NCBI RefSeq assembly: GCF_006345805.1
Contig: NC_043000.1
Coordinates: 74,090,001-74,154,000, forward strand
DNA from: Octopus sinensis
Lineage: Eukaryota
Reading direction: 5' to 3'
Length of the DNA: 64,000 bases
Below, in pieces: positions 22,418 through 35,153 of the stretch. Under the pieces are notes generated by a model that was given only the letters and a program-made list of their open reading frames with translations, had not been told where the DNA came from and made no database searches. The position numbers were made by a program, and so were the translations under genes. Numbering within the stretch: position 1 is the stretch's first letter; the number at the start of each line of letters is the position of its first letter.

Positions 22418-25400
22418 ACTTGTTAGCTCATATTTCTTTATTCACCATACGGTTGTACATATAAAGACAGAACATCACGAATGATTTTACATGAATGTGC
22501 GTTGGGGTCTATTAAAAATTTACAAATGATTATATAATTCGGATGATAGGACATTTTTTACACAAACAATTTCACAGATAGAGTGGGGCGGGCTTACGGA
22601 CCCCACGAACCCCGCCACGACACTGACCTTGGGGTTTTTTTTTTTTTCCTTTTTTTCCGGCTTACCTCGCATTCATGAGAGTCCTTTTACTCACAACATT
22701 CTTCCATCTTTCATCGAACACTTTCTTACTCAGGCCCCTCCTCTCTAGTTCTATTTGTCTTTTTAGGTGGAATTTAAAATGTTCCACCAGACTAGAACCA
22801 GAGATGAAGTTGCCTGCTATCACCCCTTTCATCCTCGTCTTCCATACTGCCTGTTTCGCAATTGAAACCACAGAGAGAAAACAATTCTTACCTTCTTTCG
22901 TTAAGAAATCCGGTGGGTCAATTTTTACAATGGATTCAGTCGATAGCTGTACTCTTCCTCCACTTGACAACAGTTGTTCGGCAAAAACCCACATGTCCGC
23001 CACCTCTGAACACTGCACAACCGCGTGCGAGACGGTTTCCCTGTCTCGCCCACACCTCGGACAGGTCGGGCTGACTTGGCCACCGTGCCTTGCGAGTTTA
23101 TCCTGAACAGGTAAGGCTCCTCGGTAACACTGCCAAGCCAAGGACTTCTGAAAATTATCCAGGGTCCTCGGCCCAAATGTACGTTGGAACAGACTGGCCA
23201 GCTGATTATCGTCGAAACCTAGGGCTTCCCCTAGCGTATCATCGCAACCGGCCTCTACAAACCTTCTATAGAAAACAGCGGTAGAACCAGTTCCTCAGGT
23301 ATTGCCCGAGCGACGGAATAGTCGGAGTGCCTTGCGACACTCCGTATACCATGTATCCAACTGCGATCTGCGATTATACCAGGCTTCCCGTCCACCAAAA
23401 CTGGTGAACTTGGGAAACATCTGTTTCGCCAACGGAGACAACACCCGTTCACCATCAAGATGGAGCACAGATGCCTTAACCTCAGCGAATTTCTGCGCAT
23501 CATTAGCCACGGCATCCCTAGTCCACCCTTTAACGGTTTTTGACAACAAACAGAGCGTCTCACAAGTGGTTTCCAGCTCTTCCACAAGAAGTGAAAGAGC
23601 TGTCTTTCCAACATGGTCAACCACGAATCCGGGCAAGGAACGACGGCAAGGCGGTAGGTGATCACCGATGCGATGAACACATTGGCTACCTCCGCCCTAC
23701 CTTTCAGGGATAACCACCGCCAAGACCAGGTCTTGGCTACTGCAGCCACCCTGCTCGATACCTCGCTCCAGTTCTTCTCTATTTGGAGGTCTGATCCGAA
23801 CCAAACCCCGAGCAACTTAATCGGACCCTCCGTCCAACGTCCCACGACGCTGTCTGAAGGCATCGACTTGCCTCTCCAGGTACCGAGCTGCAAGCTGACT
23901 GACTTTTCACGATTAACTTTTGCTCCTGTCACCGTCTCGTATACCTCTATGGCCTTGCCTACTTTACGTAGGAGGTCCACTTCAGTCACGATGATAGTGA
24001 TGTCATCCGCGTACGCCGAAACCGACATTTCACGACCTGGCTGCCTCGGGATGCCACTCAGTTTTCGCAGCAGCGGCTCGAGAGCCACTACATACAAAAG
24101 CGGGGAGAGTGGGCATCCTTGACGAACCGAGCATTTGACTCTGAACGGCTTAGAAATAAAGCCGTTCACCCGAACTACTGAGTCGACGTTATCGTACATT
24201 TCGATGATCCACCTGAGGAAGCAAAGACCCAGGCCGAACTGAGCCAGAACAGACACCAGGTAATGATGGTTGACCCTATCGAAAGCTTTTGATTGGTCTA
24301 AATGGACCACTGCCCCTCCTTTGCCGGGATCGCTATTAATTCCCTCTATAGTGTATCTAATTAGATGGAGATTATCCTGAATGGACCTGCCTAGTACGGC
24401 ACACGTTTGTGCCTTCCCTATTAGACCATCCGCGACACGCGCCAATCTATTCGATAACACTTTGGCCAAAATCTTCAGCTCTGCGTTAAGCAGAGTGATG
24501 GGCCTAAAATTATCAATGACACCCCCCCCCCCTTGTCCGGGTCCTTCTTGATTAGTGTCACCACTTCCCGGCGCACAGATCTGGGAATAAACCCATTCTG
24601 CTGCCAGTTCGCGTAGACGTTCGCCAGTAAGTCCCCGAACAAGTCCGGCATAATTTTATAAAGCTCGTAGGATAGAAGCTTCACACATCTCCTCGGGCTC
24701 GTCTATCAACTTACCTTGTTGGTTCATCAAAGATCGAATTGTGGCATCGTTACCACGTTGGGCTTCCACCACTCGGGCCCATCTCGCGGCATTAATTCCT
24801 TCGCTCCCCATTGCACGTTGTCTAGCCCTGACAATGCAACCCATGTGTTTGGCTTCGAGGTGCTGGTTCAAAACCAGTCTCTTGACCTTCACCTGGGCTG
24901 CCGTGCCAGTTCGCATTGCTTCCTCTAAGTCCTTAACTAGTACTGATTCCCTTCTAGCCTCTCTAGCTACTAGATCTATACTATATCTAATGGACTCATA
25001 TCTGATGGCTCGCTTGAGGGAATACCACCATTTGTTGTTAATTATGGTTCCGGTCAAAGCCCTCTGAATCATTAACCTTATCCTGTCACTGTACTCCTTA
25101 ATCGCCAAAAGGGACGTATTAAGTTTCCAGTAACCAGGACCTCTATTCGTCTTATCTATGTCTAGCCTACAGGTGACCATCTTGTGGTCACTGTAGCTGA
25201 CCATGTGGAGCTGTGGACTCCTAGCTAGTTTCTTATCTACTTTTCTAATTAGTATTCTGTCTATGTATGACTTGGTAGATCCGTCGCTGCTTGACCATGT
25301 CCACAATGGAGCGTTCGGATGTTCCAGTCTATATGGATCTACCAGCTCGAAACGTCTTAGTAGATCCTGGAAGCAAGCATTTCCTTTCCTATCTGTTCGC

Positions 25401-27610
25401 GAGCCCTCACAGTCTACCCGCGCATCGTAGACTGTGTTGAAGTCTCCTAAAACAACTATAGGATGTGATGTACTCAGAAACTTTCCAAGGTTCCGAAAAT
25501 AATCACTTTGTTCCCCTTGACTGTGGGGTGCGTAAACCGCAACCAGCTTGATTGTCTTACGACTACTGAACGTCAAATCAACGACAACCAGTCTACCTTC
25601 TGGATCTGAAAAAATCAACTTTTTCTCAGAAACTCGCTTCTTATTACACAGAACCAACATCACGCTTCCGCCGATAATTCTCTCGTAATCGCCGAACAGC
25701 GGGAGCGGATCTCTTGGCCCCTTTAACCAGGTTTCTGTGGCAACAACTACATCTAAATCCCGTGATCTCTGATGTCATTTAGTAGGCGCCCTTGCTTCCA
25801 GTTCGACACCAGGCCACGCACATTTATTCACTCTACATGAATACGAGCCATCACCTACCTTTTAGTTGGTTTTCCTTTTTTCCGTTTGTCGTGGGGGGAT
25901 GTCAGCATTATACAACGACTCGTGCAAGTCGAGACGCAGACCTCTGATGTCTTTTGGGTATTCCTCATGTATTATGTTGTAATTTAACATGTCAATCTTA
26001 CACACTTCTACATTTTTGGGCAATACCCTGTAAGTTTGAATTTTTTCCGCTGTTGGGGCTTCATTAATAAGTTTCACCAACCTATCATTATCTTTGTTTA
26101 TTGAGATGTACACCATCTCCAATCCTTCCATTTTTTCTTTGGGCTTTGTGGGGGTGATGGGGGGACGGCGGGGAGTAGTTTGGGAGGGGAGGGAATTGTT
26201 CGACACTGGGAGGTGGGGGTGGGGGTGGTTGTTCGGGTTGGGTTGGGGGGTCTTCTCTTTTTTTTTCTTTTGTGGGGAACCGTGGTTGGGTGGGGTAAAT
26301 TTTCTCCCCTGTGTGTTATTTTTCTTTTTGTTTGTGCATGGGGTGGGTGGGTTTAAGTCTTCATTTTTTCTTTTTGGTGTGTTTTTTTCTGCCTCACCAG
26401 TGTGAAGGCATTTTCTTCTTCTGTTGTTTTCTCTTCCACCGTCTCTTTTTTTCCTCTTCTCCTCTGCTTCAGTCCTTTTTCTATCTACTTCTTTCTTGCG
26501 GGTGGGGCAGTCTATACGTATGTGGCCTTTCTCACCACATCCGTAGCATCTCGGCTTTCGCCCCTCCACCACCACCCGCAAGTTTATTTCATCGCTGAAA
26601 TTAATATTTTCTGCGATCTCCTCCAATGTCTCTGGGGCCGCCTGCACCGTCACTTGTAGAGTTTGCCCTCTCCAGTTTTCCTTCCTTCGTTATCTCTATA
26701 ACACTTATTTTTTCTTCCAGCCCTATTAGTAAGGCTGGAAGCAACCACTCCGCCTCGTTTTCTGGAGGTATTTCCTCTATTTTTATTTTGGCGGTCCTCC
26801 GCCCCAAATAGGAAGGCAAGAGAGCAATATCACTCGCCATAATTGGGGTTAGCGAGTGCTTTCTTGCCATTTGCTCACTCTTAAAATAGACCATTATTGT
26901 GGCGTACTTTTTGCCCCATGTCACAAAATCTACGTCTTGCCATATGGGTTGCAGACACTTCTCTATCTGTTCTTTTGTTACTTTTTCGATTTTTTTCTCT
27001 TTTATTACAAATGACTTGTAAATCACTGTCCTTCTTTGTGTTTCGTTTTTAATTTCTTCTGGGAGGGTAGCTTTTATATTATTCCCCTCCCTTACAAACA
27101 TGTTTTAGTATTTTTCGTATTCTATGTCTTCCATTTTTATTTCCTCGGTCTTCCGTCCAGCGGCGGCTGCGAAGTTGTACGTTTTGGTTGCTTGTTTTTC
27201 TTTGGAAGGCAAACCTTCTATAACTTTAGCTGCAGACACAGCTTCACTTGAAGGCGAACCTTCGATAACTTTAACTGTAGGCGAACCTGCTTCACTTGAA
27301 GGTGAACCTTCGTCATTTGAAGCGGACAGTGTTTCCACTTCAAACAACATTTTTTTGACATCATGTCTTTTTTTTTCATTTTTTCAAATGTATTGTTCAT
27401 TTTTTTTACAAATGTAATGTTATATTTTTTTCTTTTGGTATGTAACGTTTAGCACTCTTCCCCTCCTTACGGAGGGGAACAACAATATTTTCCGGTATTA
27501 AACCAGACGTTCAAAGTTCAAACAAAACAATTTTTTTAACAAACGCTAAACAGTTACTTACAAATTACTCAAAATAACACCACGCTTCAAAGACGGGAAA
27601 AATTAGACAT
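22418..27610 (-). mobile_element. Tx1-like family B, full-length but frameshifted
   Basis: ORF1 pieces 25862-27400 (CYGCGEKGHIRIDC, Pro-rich linker). ORF2 pieces 22662-25850 (GDFN, SDH, RQGCPLSP, YADD, CPRC..H..C). Confidence 0.9.
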
Positions 27611-27666
27611 CAATGAAACTGGACTTGTTTTATTATTACCCACAAAGGGCGAACATAGAGGGTACA

Positions 27667-28053
27667 GGATGGAAGCACTCCGTCGGTAACGACGATGAGG
27701 GTTCCAGTTGATCGGAATCAACGGAACAGCCTGCTCGTGAAATTAACGTGTAAGTGGCTGAGCACTCCACAGACACGTGCACCCTTAATGTAGTTCTCGG
27801 GGATATTCAGCGTGACACAGAGAGTGACAAGGCCGGCCCCTTGAAATACAGGTACAACAGAAACAGGAAGTAAGAGTGAGAGAAAGTTGTGGTGAAAGAG
27901 TACAGCAGGGATCACCACCATCCCCTGCCGGAGCGTCGTGGAGCTTTTAGGTGTTTTCGCTCAATAAACACTCACAACGCCCGGTCTGGGAATCGAAACC
28001 GCGATCCTATGACCGCGAGTCCGCTGCCCTAACCACTGGGCCATTGCGCCTCC
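27667..28053 (-). mobile_element. tRNA-derived SINE inserted in the 3' end of the ORF1-only element
   Basis: Head ggaggcgcaatggcccagtggttagggcagcgg...ggtttcgattccc contains Pol III A/B boxes. Flanked by imperfect direct repeat a(t/c)agaggg(t/g)aca. Confidence 0.88.
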
Positions 28054-28417
28054 ACAGAGGGGACAGTACAATCGGGAAAAAATAAAATTAATGAGATATG
28101 AAGTATGTATAAATGTGGTGTAATGCCCCACCCGATCCCCGAAATCAGGTGGTTACATTTCGTCATTTTTAATTACATTTTACAATATTTTCAAAAATAA
28201 CTAAATACATTTTACAGCATTTCGCAATACATTCGACCGCAATACATTTCAAAAGGGAATTTCCAAAATACATTATCAATTGAATATTTTACAGAAAAAT
28301 TGTTTTCCACAAATTCAAATATAAAGCTTTCATAATACATTTTCAAGATTTCAAAGTACATTTGAAATTAACAAAAGTTTTTTCTAATTCTTTTTTCTTT
28401 TTTTTTTTCCAATAATT

Positions 28418-29904
28418 TTAAATCAGTTCCATTACCTTTCTCAGGTCGTTGTAATTTTCCATCTCTCGTGGGTATCTTAGCAGTCGGCACTTCGCATGCC
28501 TTATTACGTTCACACCGGCGGCATCGATAAACGCATCGGCGCTGTCTTCATGGACCAGTGCACCCGTTTCCCTCCACTCCGTGCCCATCCTGACCCATGA
28601 ATATCCCTCTGTTTCACTTATTAATTCCTCCATCTCCCCACAGTGTCTGTAATGAACCAATGTTCCATAAAATTTATACCTTCTATTTGAACCTATGTTC
28701 TCTTTAGTTTTCCTCTTCGGACCTACTTCTTCTTTACCTTCCTCTCTCAGTTATTCTCTTTCTCTCTTTTTGCTTTCCTTTTCTTTTTCCTTCTCTTGTC
28801 TTTTTGGCTCTTTGTCTGTCGTATGTTCTTTTCCTGTTTTTCTTTTTCTTTTTGTGTAACATCCTTTCCTTTCTCTTGATTCTGTTCCTTCTCTTGTTTT
28901 TTTCCTGTTTTTTCTCTTTCCGTTATTTTACTTTCTTTTTCTTTCTCTTGATTTTGTTTTGGTTCTTTCTCTATTACTTCTCTACCCTGTGGCTTTTGTT
29001 CTTTTTCTATTAATTTCTTCCCTTTGATTTCATTTTTCTTCCGTGTATTGTTATTTCCTTTTACCGTTGTTTCCTTTTCCTTGTTTTCTTTCTCCTTTAG
29101 TGTATTGTTCCTTTCTTCGGGTTCTTTTTCCTTCTCTTCTTTGTTTTCCTCTGCTCTTTCACACTCCGCCATAAATTCGTATAGCGGACATTCTTTTTTT
29201 ATGTGTCCTCTTGTCCCACACAAGTAGCAGTTAGGTTTCCTCCCCTCCACGATTACGCTGGGGGTTTTTCCATCTTCTACTTCTATTTGGAAGGGAATCT
29301 GTTTTATATCTCTGTTTGTGGCAGTCAGCCACATCTCTACCCCGAATCCCTTCCATTTCACTATGTTGGTCTCCTTTATCGACCCAATTTCTATCTCTTC
29401 CTCAGCTGACCCTAGGATGGCTGTTACCAGCCATTCTGTCTTCAATTCTGGGGGTATATTTGGGATTTTGACCCGTACCCCTCTTCTCCCTTTGTAAGTA
29501 GGCCACATGATAAAGTTTTCGGCTCGGAGTACGGTGGTAGCTAGCGAGGCCGCAACTTCCACCGTACCATATTTCTTGCCTTTGCACACAAAGGTTGCCT
29601 TCTTCATTACGTCGTCCAGACATTTTTCGATCTCTTCTATTGCTATTCTTGATAGCTTTCTTGTGATCTTGTCTTGTGTTCTATAAATTATTGTCTTGTC
29701 TTCATTTTCCTCCTTTGCTTCAGCAGGAGGGACCAGTTTCACGCTGTCACCCTCCCTTTCAACGAATTTCTCAAACTCTTTTAGCTGTTCTTTTTTGAAG
29801 AACACTTCTCTTACTGTAAGCGACGTATCGCTTTTCATTGCGGCGACCCCCGCGTAAGTCTCCATGACTTGAGGGTCGGCACACCTTCTACAAAAAGGTT
29901 GCAA
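28418..29904 (-). pseudogene. ORF1 protein of the ORF1-only element (Zn knuckle, K/E-rich region, distinct C-terminal domain)
   Basis: 385-aa ORF plus downstream 80-aa ORF. Homologous to 13290-14658. Confidence 0.8.
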
Positions 29905-30390
29905 CGCGCAGCGGCAAACGCCTCGCGCGATTCAATTTTCAATTTCTATACACAAAAATTACTAACTACTTAACGCAATCAATGAAACTGGACTTGTTTT
30001 ATTAATACTCACAAGGGGCGAACATAGAGGGGACAATACAACCTGATGTGGGGTCAGATTAACGGATGGGATTACAAAAAAGGTGAATTTAAAAATTTAC
30101 AAAAATGACAAAATAGCAAAAAATCGAATGAAGAACAGACCGGAAGACATTACGGATGGAGTGGGAGCGGGTTTAGCTCGGACCCCACGAGCCCCGCCTC
30201 CCCACTGATACTTTGGTTTCGTCTAGTTTTACATTTATGTCGTATCATCCACTCGCAACTTTCGTGCTACATCTTTCCATCGTTCTTCGTACACTCTCTT
30301 AGTCAGGCATTTTCTCTCCAGCCCTATCTTCCTTTTCAGGTGAATGAAGTAATTCATCAAACCAGGGCCGGAGATGAACTTGCCTGACCG

Positions 30391-32943
30391 TTAAGCTTTC
30401 ATTCTCGTCTTCCATATCACCTCTTTCGCAAATGCTACTACAACGAGAAAACAATTCTTACCTTCTTTCGCGAGGAAATCTGGTGGGTCAATTTTTGTAA
30501 TAGACTCAGTCGACAGCTGTACTCTTCGTGTGCTTGACAACAGCTGTTCGGCATAAACCCACACCTCAGACACGACCGAACAATGAACAATAGCGTGCGG
30601 GACGGTTTCCCTATCCCGCTCGCATCTTGGACATATCGGACTGTCTTGGCCACCGTGCCTTGCGAGATTATCCCGAACAGGTAGAGCTCTTCTGTAGCAT
30701 TGCCATGCCAGAGACTTCTGGAAGTTGTCCAGTGTCTTCGGCTCGAACGTACGTCGGAACAGACTGGCCAGCTGATTATCGTCGAGACCTAGGGTTTCCC
30801 CCAAGGTATCTTCACATTCTGCCTCTACCAACCCTTTATAAAAGAATGTGGTGGAACCCCCACCGCAGGCGTTGCCCGAGCGACAGAATAGCAGGAGAGC
30901 CTTGCGACACTCCGTGTACCATGTGCCCAGTTTCAATCTACGATTCAGCAAGGTTTCCCATCCACCGAAACTAGTGAACTTGGGAAACATCAGTTTTGCT
31001 AGCGGAGACCACACCCGTTCACCATCCAGGTAGAGCCACAGATGTCTTAACCTCAGCGCATGTCTGCGCATCATCAACCAAGGCATCCCTAGCCCACCCT
31101 TTAACGGTTGTTGACAGCAAGTAGAGCGTTTCACAAGTGGTTTCCCGCCCTTCCACAAGAAGTAGAAGAGTTGTCTTTCCAACTTGATCAACCACGAATC
31201 AGGGCAAGGAACGACGGAAAGGCGGTAGGTGATAACCGATGCGATAAACACATTGGCTACCTCCACCTTCCCTTTCAGGGATAGCCACCGCCAAGACCAG
31301 GTCTTGGTTACTGCAGCCATCCTGCTCGATACCTCGCCCCAATTCTTCTCTATTTGGAGGTCTGGTCCAAACCAAACCCCTAGCAACTTAATCGGACCCT
31401 CCGTCCAACGTCCCACGACGCTGTCAGGAGGCATCGACTTGCCTCTCCAGGTGCCGAGCTGCAAGCCGACTGACTTTTCACGATTAACTTTTGCTCCTGT
31501 TACCGTCTCGTAAACATCTATGGCCTTGCCTTTCCTCTGTAGGTGATCCATTTCGGTTACGATGATGGTGATGTCATCCGCATACGCCGACACCGACATT
31601 CCACTACCTGGCTGTCTCCGGATGCCGCTCAGTTTTCGCAGTAATGGCTCAAGAGCCACCATGTACAAAAGCGGGGAGAGCGGACACCCTTGACGAACCG
31701 AGCGCTTGATATTGAACGGCTTCGACAAGAAGCCGTTCACCCGAACTACCGAGTCGATGTCGTCGTAAATTTGGATAATCCACCTGAGGAAGCCAAAGCC
31801 CAGCCCGAACTGTGCCAGGGCAGATACCAGGTAGCGATGGTCGACCCTATCGAATGCTTTAGATTGGTCTAAATGGACCAGTGCTCCACCCTTGCCAGAA
31901 TCACTATTAAACCCCTCTATAGTGTACCACATAAGATGGAGATTATCCTGAATGGTTCTGCCGGGAACGGCACATGTCTGTACCTCCCCGATCAGACCAT
32001 CCGCGACACGCGCCAATCTTTTCGATAACACTTTGGCCAAAATCTTCAACTCTGTGTTTAGCAGAGTGATGGGCCTGAAATTATCAATGCACTCCCCCTT
32101 GCTCGGGTCCTTTCTGACGAGTGTCACTACGCCCCGGCGCACAGATCTGGGTATGAACCCGTTCTGCTGCCAGTTCGCATAGACCTCCGCCAGTAGCTGC
32201 CCGAACAAGTCTGGCATACTTTTATATAACTCATAGGGTAGACCATCTAAACCCGGCGCCCTGCCCGCGCCGCAGTCCGCCATCGCCTCAACCACCTCCC
32301 CAGGCGTGATTGGCCCTTCACAGCCCTCCGCATCTTGCCCTGATAAGCGCGGCAGCCCGTCGAGGAGGTCCGTAAAGGCCCTCCTCCTATCCAGTCCGCC
32401 GCCCTCATCGAAAAGCTGAGTGAAGTGCTCCTGAAAGGCCTCACACATCTCCTCGGGCTCGTTTATCAACTCACCTTGTTGGTTCGTCATAGATCGAATC
32501 GTGGCGTCGTTACCACGCTGAGCTTCCACCACTCGGGCCCATCTCACGGCGTTGATTCCTTCACAACCCATTGCGCGGATCCTAGCCCTGACAATGCAGC
32601 CCATGTGTTTGGCCTCGAGGTGCTGGTTTAACGCCAGTCTCTTGGCCGTCACCTGAGCCGCAGAGCCAGCTTTCAAGGCTTCCTCTAATTCCTTAACTAG
32701 AGTAGATTCCCTCCTAGCCTCTCTAGCCACTAATCCTATGCTATATCTAATAGACTCGAATTTGATAGCTCGCTTGAGGGCATACCACCATTTGTTATTA
32801 ATGATGGCACCAGATAACGCCCTCTGAATTATAGTCCTAATCCGGTCTCTGTACTCCTTAATCGCCAAAAGGGACGTATTAAGTTTCCAATAACCGGAGC
32901 CTCTGTTTTTAACCTTATTTATGTCAAGCTTACAGGTGACCAT
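30391..32943 (-). CDS. Tx1-like ORF2 reverse transcriptase portion, 850 aa open (EN part upstream is frameshifted)
   Basis: NFRPITLLN, DQSKAFDRV, RQGCPLSP, YADD, GGLG, CPRC-x8-H-x4-C. Confidence 0.9.
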   Translation of the reverse strand: MVTCKLDINKVKNRGSGYWKLNTSLLAIKEYRDRIRTIIQRALSGAIINNKWWYALKRAIKFESIRYSIGLVAREARRESTLVKELEEALKAGSAAQVTAKRLALNQHLEAKHMGCIVRARIRAMGCEGINAVRWARVVEAQRGNDATIRSMTNQQGELINEPEEMCEAFQEHFTQLFDEGGGLDRRRAFTDLLDGLPRLSGQDAEGCEGPITPGEVVEAMADCGAGRAPGLDGLPYELYKSMPDLFGQLLAEVYANWQQNGFIPRSVRRGVVTLVRKDPSKGECIDNFRPITLLNTELKILAKVLSKRLARVADGLIGEVQTCAVPGRTIQDNLHLMWYTIEGFNSDSGKGGALVHLDQSKAFDRVDHRYLVSALAQFGLGFGFLRWIIQIYDDIDSVVRVNGFLSKPFNIKRSVRQGCPLSPLLYMVALEPLLRKLSGIRRQPGSGMSVSAYADDITIIVTEMDHLQRKGKAIDVYETVTGAKVNREKSVGLQLGTWRGKSMPPDSVVGRWTEGPIKLLGVWFGPDLQIEKNWGEVSSRMAAVTKTWSWRWLSLKGKVEVANVFIASVITYRLSVVPCPDSWLIKLERQLFYFLWKGGKPLVKRSTCCQQPLKGGLGMPWLMMRRHALRLRHLWLYLDGERVWSPLAKLMFPKFTSFGGWETLLNRRLKLGTWYTECRKALLLFCRSGNACGGGSTTFFYKGLVEAECEDTLGETLGLDDNQLASLFRRTFEPKTLDNFQKSLAWQCYRRALPVRDNLARHGGQDSPICPRCERDRETVPHAIVHCSVVSEVWVYAEQLLSSTRRVQLSTESITKIDPPDFLAKEGKNCFLVVVAFAKEVIWKTRMKA

Positions 32944-33632
32944 TTTATGATCACTGTAGCTGACCGGCTAAAACTGTGGACACTTAGCTATTTTTCTGTC
33001 TACTTTTCTAATTAGTATCCTATCTAAGTATGACCTGGAAGATCCGTCGCTGTTTGACCATGTCCACAATGGAGCGTTCGGAAATTCCAACCTATAAGGA
33101 TCTGCTAGCTCAAAGCGGCTTAGCAGTTCCAGGAAGCCAATGTTACCTTTTCACGCAATCCAACACAATCTACATCCGCTTTGCAAATTGTGTTAAAGTC
33201 TCCTAGCACAACTAATGAATGCGAAGTACCAAGAAAGTTTTCCAGTTCTCGAAAATAATCACTTTTCCCTTTTTGGTTGGGTGCGTAAATCGCAACCAGT
33301 CTGATAACTTTACCGTTACTGAACGTCAAATCCATGACGACCAGCCTACCTTCTGGGTCTGAAAAAATTAACTTTTTCTCAAAAACCCGGTTTCTTTTTA
33401 ATAGGACCAACACCCCACCCCCACCTGTAGGACTGGCCGGAGAGAAAAAAACTCTCGTAGCCGTCGAACAGCGGGAGTAGACCTCTTGGCCCCTCTAACC
33501 GGGTTTCTGTAGCAACAATAACATCCAAATTACGCGTTGATATCATTAAGGAAGCGACCTTGCTTCCAGCTCGATCCCAGGCCGCGCACATTTAAACAAC
33601 CAACATAAATGTAATCCATGACCTACCTTATA

Positions 33633-34909
33633 TCAGTGGTTCGACTTTTCCTTCTCTTCATTTTTTCCCTCTTTTTCTGGGCCTCGTGGGGGAGTCTGAC
33701 TCAGGCCCTCGAATATATATGGTGATGATATATCCATTCTGAGAGGGCCCACGTCATGAAAAAATTCGGACTTTATCCGTCCGTAATCCTTCCGGCCTAT
33801 TCTATACAATATGAAATCATTTCTCCTTCCAATTTTTTCTACCTTGGCCATAGCTGCCAACACATTACCGAGTCTATTATTTGAGGCCTTAATGGCCATA
33901 AATGAGTTTAAAGTCTCTCTTTTTTTCTTTTGGTTTACTTTCGGAGGGGTGGTTTCAGTTTTTCTTTTTTTCCTAGTGATTTTTGACCACCCCTCCTCAT
34001 TTTTCGTTTCCTCCGCCGCCGGTTCCGCTGCCTCTGTCACCTCCACACCTTCAGCCGTCCCTTCTGGGCCGCCCGGCGCTGCTTCTGGTAACACCTCTTC
34101 TGTTCTTCCACCTGGCTGAGCTGCTTCCTGCGGTTTGGGTTGGCATTCTGCCCTTACATGCCCTTTCTTACCGCAGCCGAAGCACCTCGGCTTTCTGCCC
34201 TCTACAAAGACTGTGACTCCTTCCTCTTCACTGATTTTCAGTGTCTCCGGAATCTCTTCCAGGGTTTGTATCTCTGCCTGGATGGCCATCGTTATACGCT
34301 GCCCCTTCCAACCTTCTTCCTCCCCTACTGTGGCCTGGAGGATGTTTATTTTTTCCTCCAGGCCTACCATAACTGCTGCCACCAGACATGTGGCGTCCGC
34401 TTCTGGCGGAACATTGTTCATTGTTATCCTTGAGGTTCCTTTGCCTCTATACAAGGGGAGGAGAACAATATTCTCCGCTTTCATGGGTTCCATGGATAGC
34501 TTTTTGGCTACTTCCTCCGTCTCAAATCTCACCTCCACTGTGCCGTATTTCTTCCCGCGGTTGATGTACGCAATTTTATCCCATATCGGTTTCAGGCAGT
34601 TTTCCATCTTTTTCTCCTCTATTCTCTGTATAGACCTACTTGTGATGTTGAAAGTCTTGTATATTATTCTTTTTTTTATCAATCTCTTCCTGCTTTTGGG
34701 CATTCGCAACCACCGCTACTTCTGTGCCCTCCTTTATCAAACAGTCTGCGCATTTCTGCAGGTTCTCAGTGTTAATTTTTTCAATTTTCTTCCCAGCTAC
34801 TTCAGAAAATCTTCCAGCCGGTGCTGGGGCTTCCTCTTTCTTCGGCGACACCGCCGGTGATCCTGCATCACTTGACACGGGTGAATAGGAGATGGGGGAG
34901 TCCATCTCC
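33633..34909 (-). pseudogene. Tx1-like ORF1, family A
   Basis: MDSPISYSP start and CFGCGKKGHVRAEC knuckle. Frameshift near 34700. Confidence 0.85.
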
Positions 34910-35153
34910 GAAAACTGGCTTAACAAGCCCCTAGCACAACCGCTACAAAAAGTTTTTGGTTTTGCAAGCCTCAAATGCAGCAATAATGATAGTTTTTCCC
35001 CCACGGAGGGGGGAACACCAACACGAAGCCCTCGCACGAAGGCTGATTACAATAATTGTACAACAACAGACAATACAAAGTCAACAGTACTTCAAAAACA
35101 CAGTAGAATATAAAAGAGGAAAATATAATAACTCACTACGCAATGAAAAATGG

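Larger units (their letters stand above)
27623..29979 (-). mobile_element. ORF1-only element, diverged family C copy 3
   Basis: ORF1 28747-29904 plus C-terminal piece 28418-28660. No ORF2. The 3' terminus matches family A. Confidence 0.85.
29992..35140 (-). mobile_element. Tx1-like family A, near-complete copy
   Basis: ORF1 ~33633-34909 with one frameshift. ORF2 ~30240-33620. Confidence 0.92.

Noticed and set aside
27980-28053. tRNA-like sequence
   Set aside because: It is the head of a SINE with body, tail and flanking direct repeats, not a tRNA gene.
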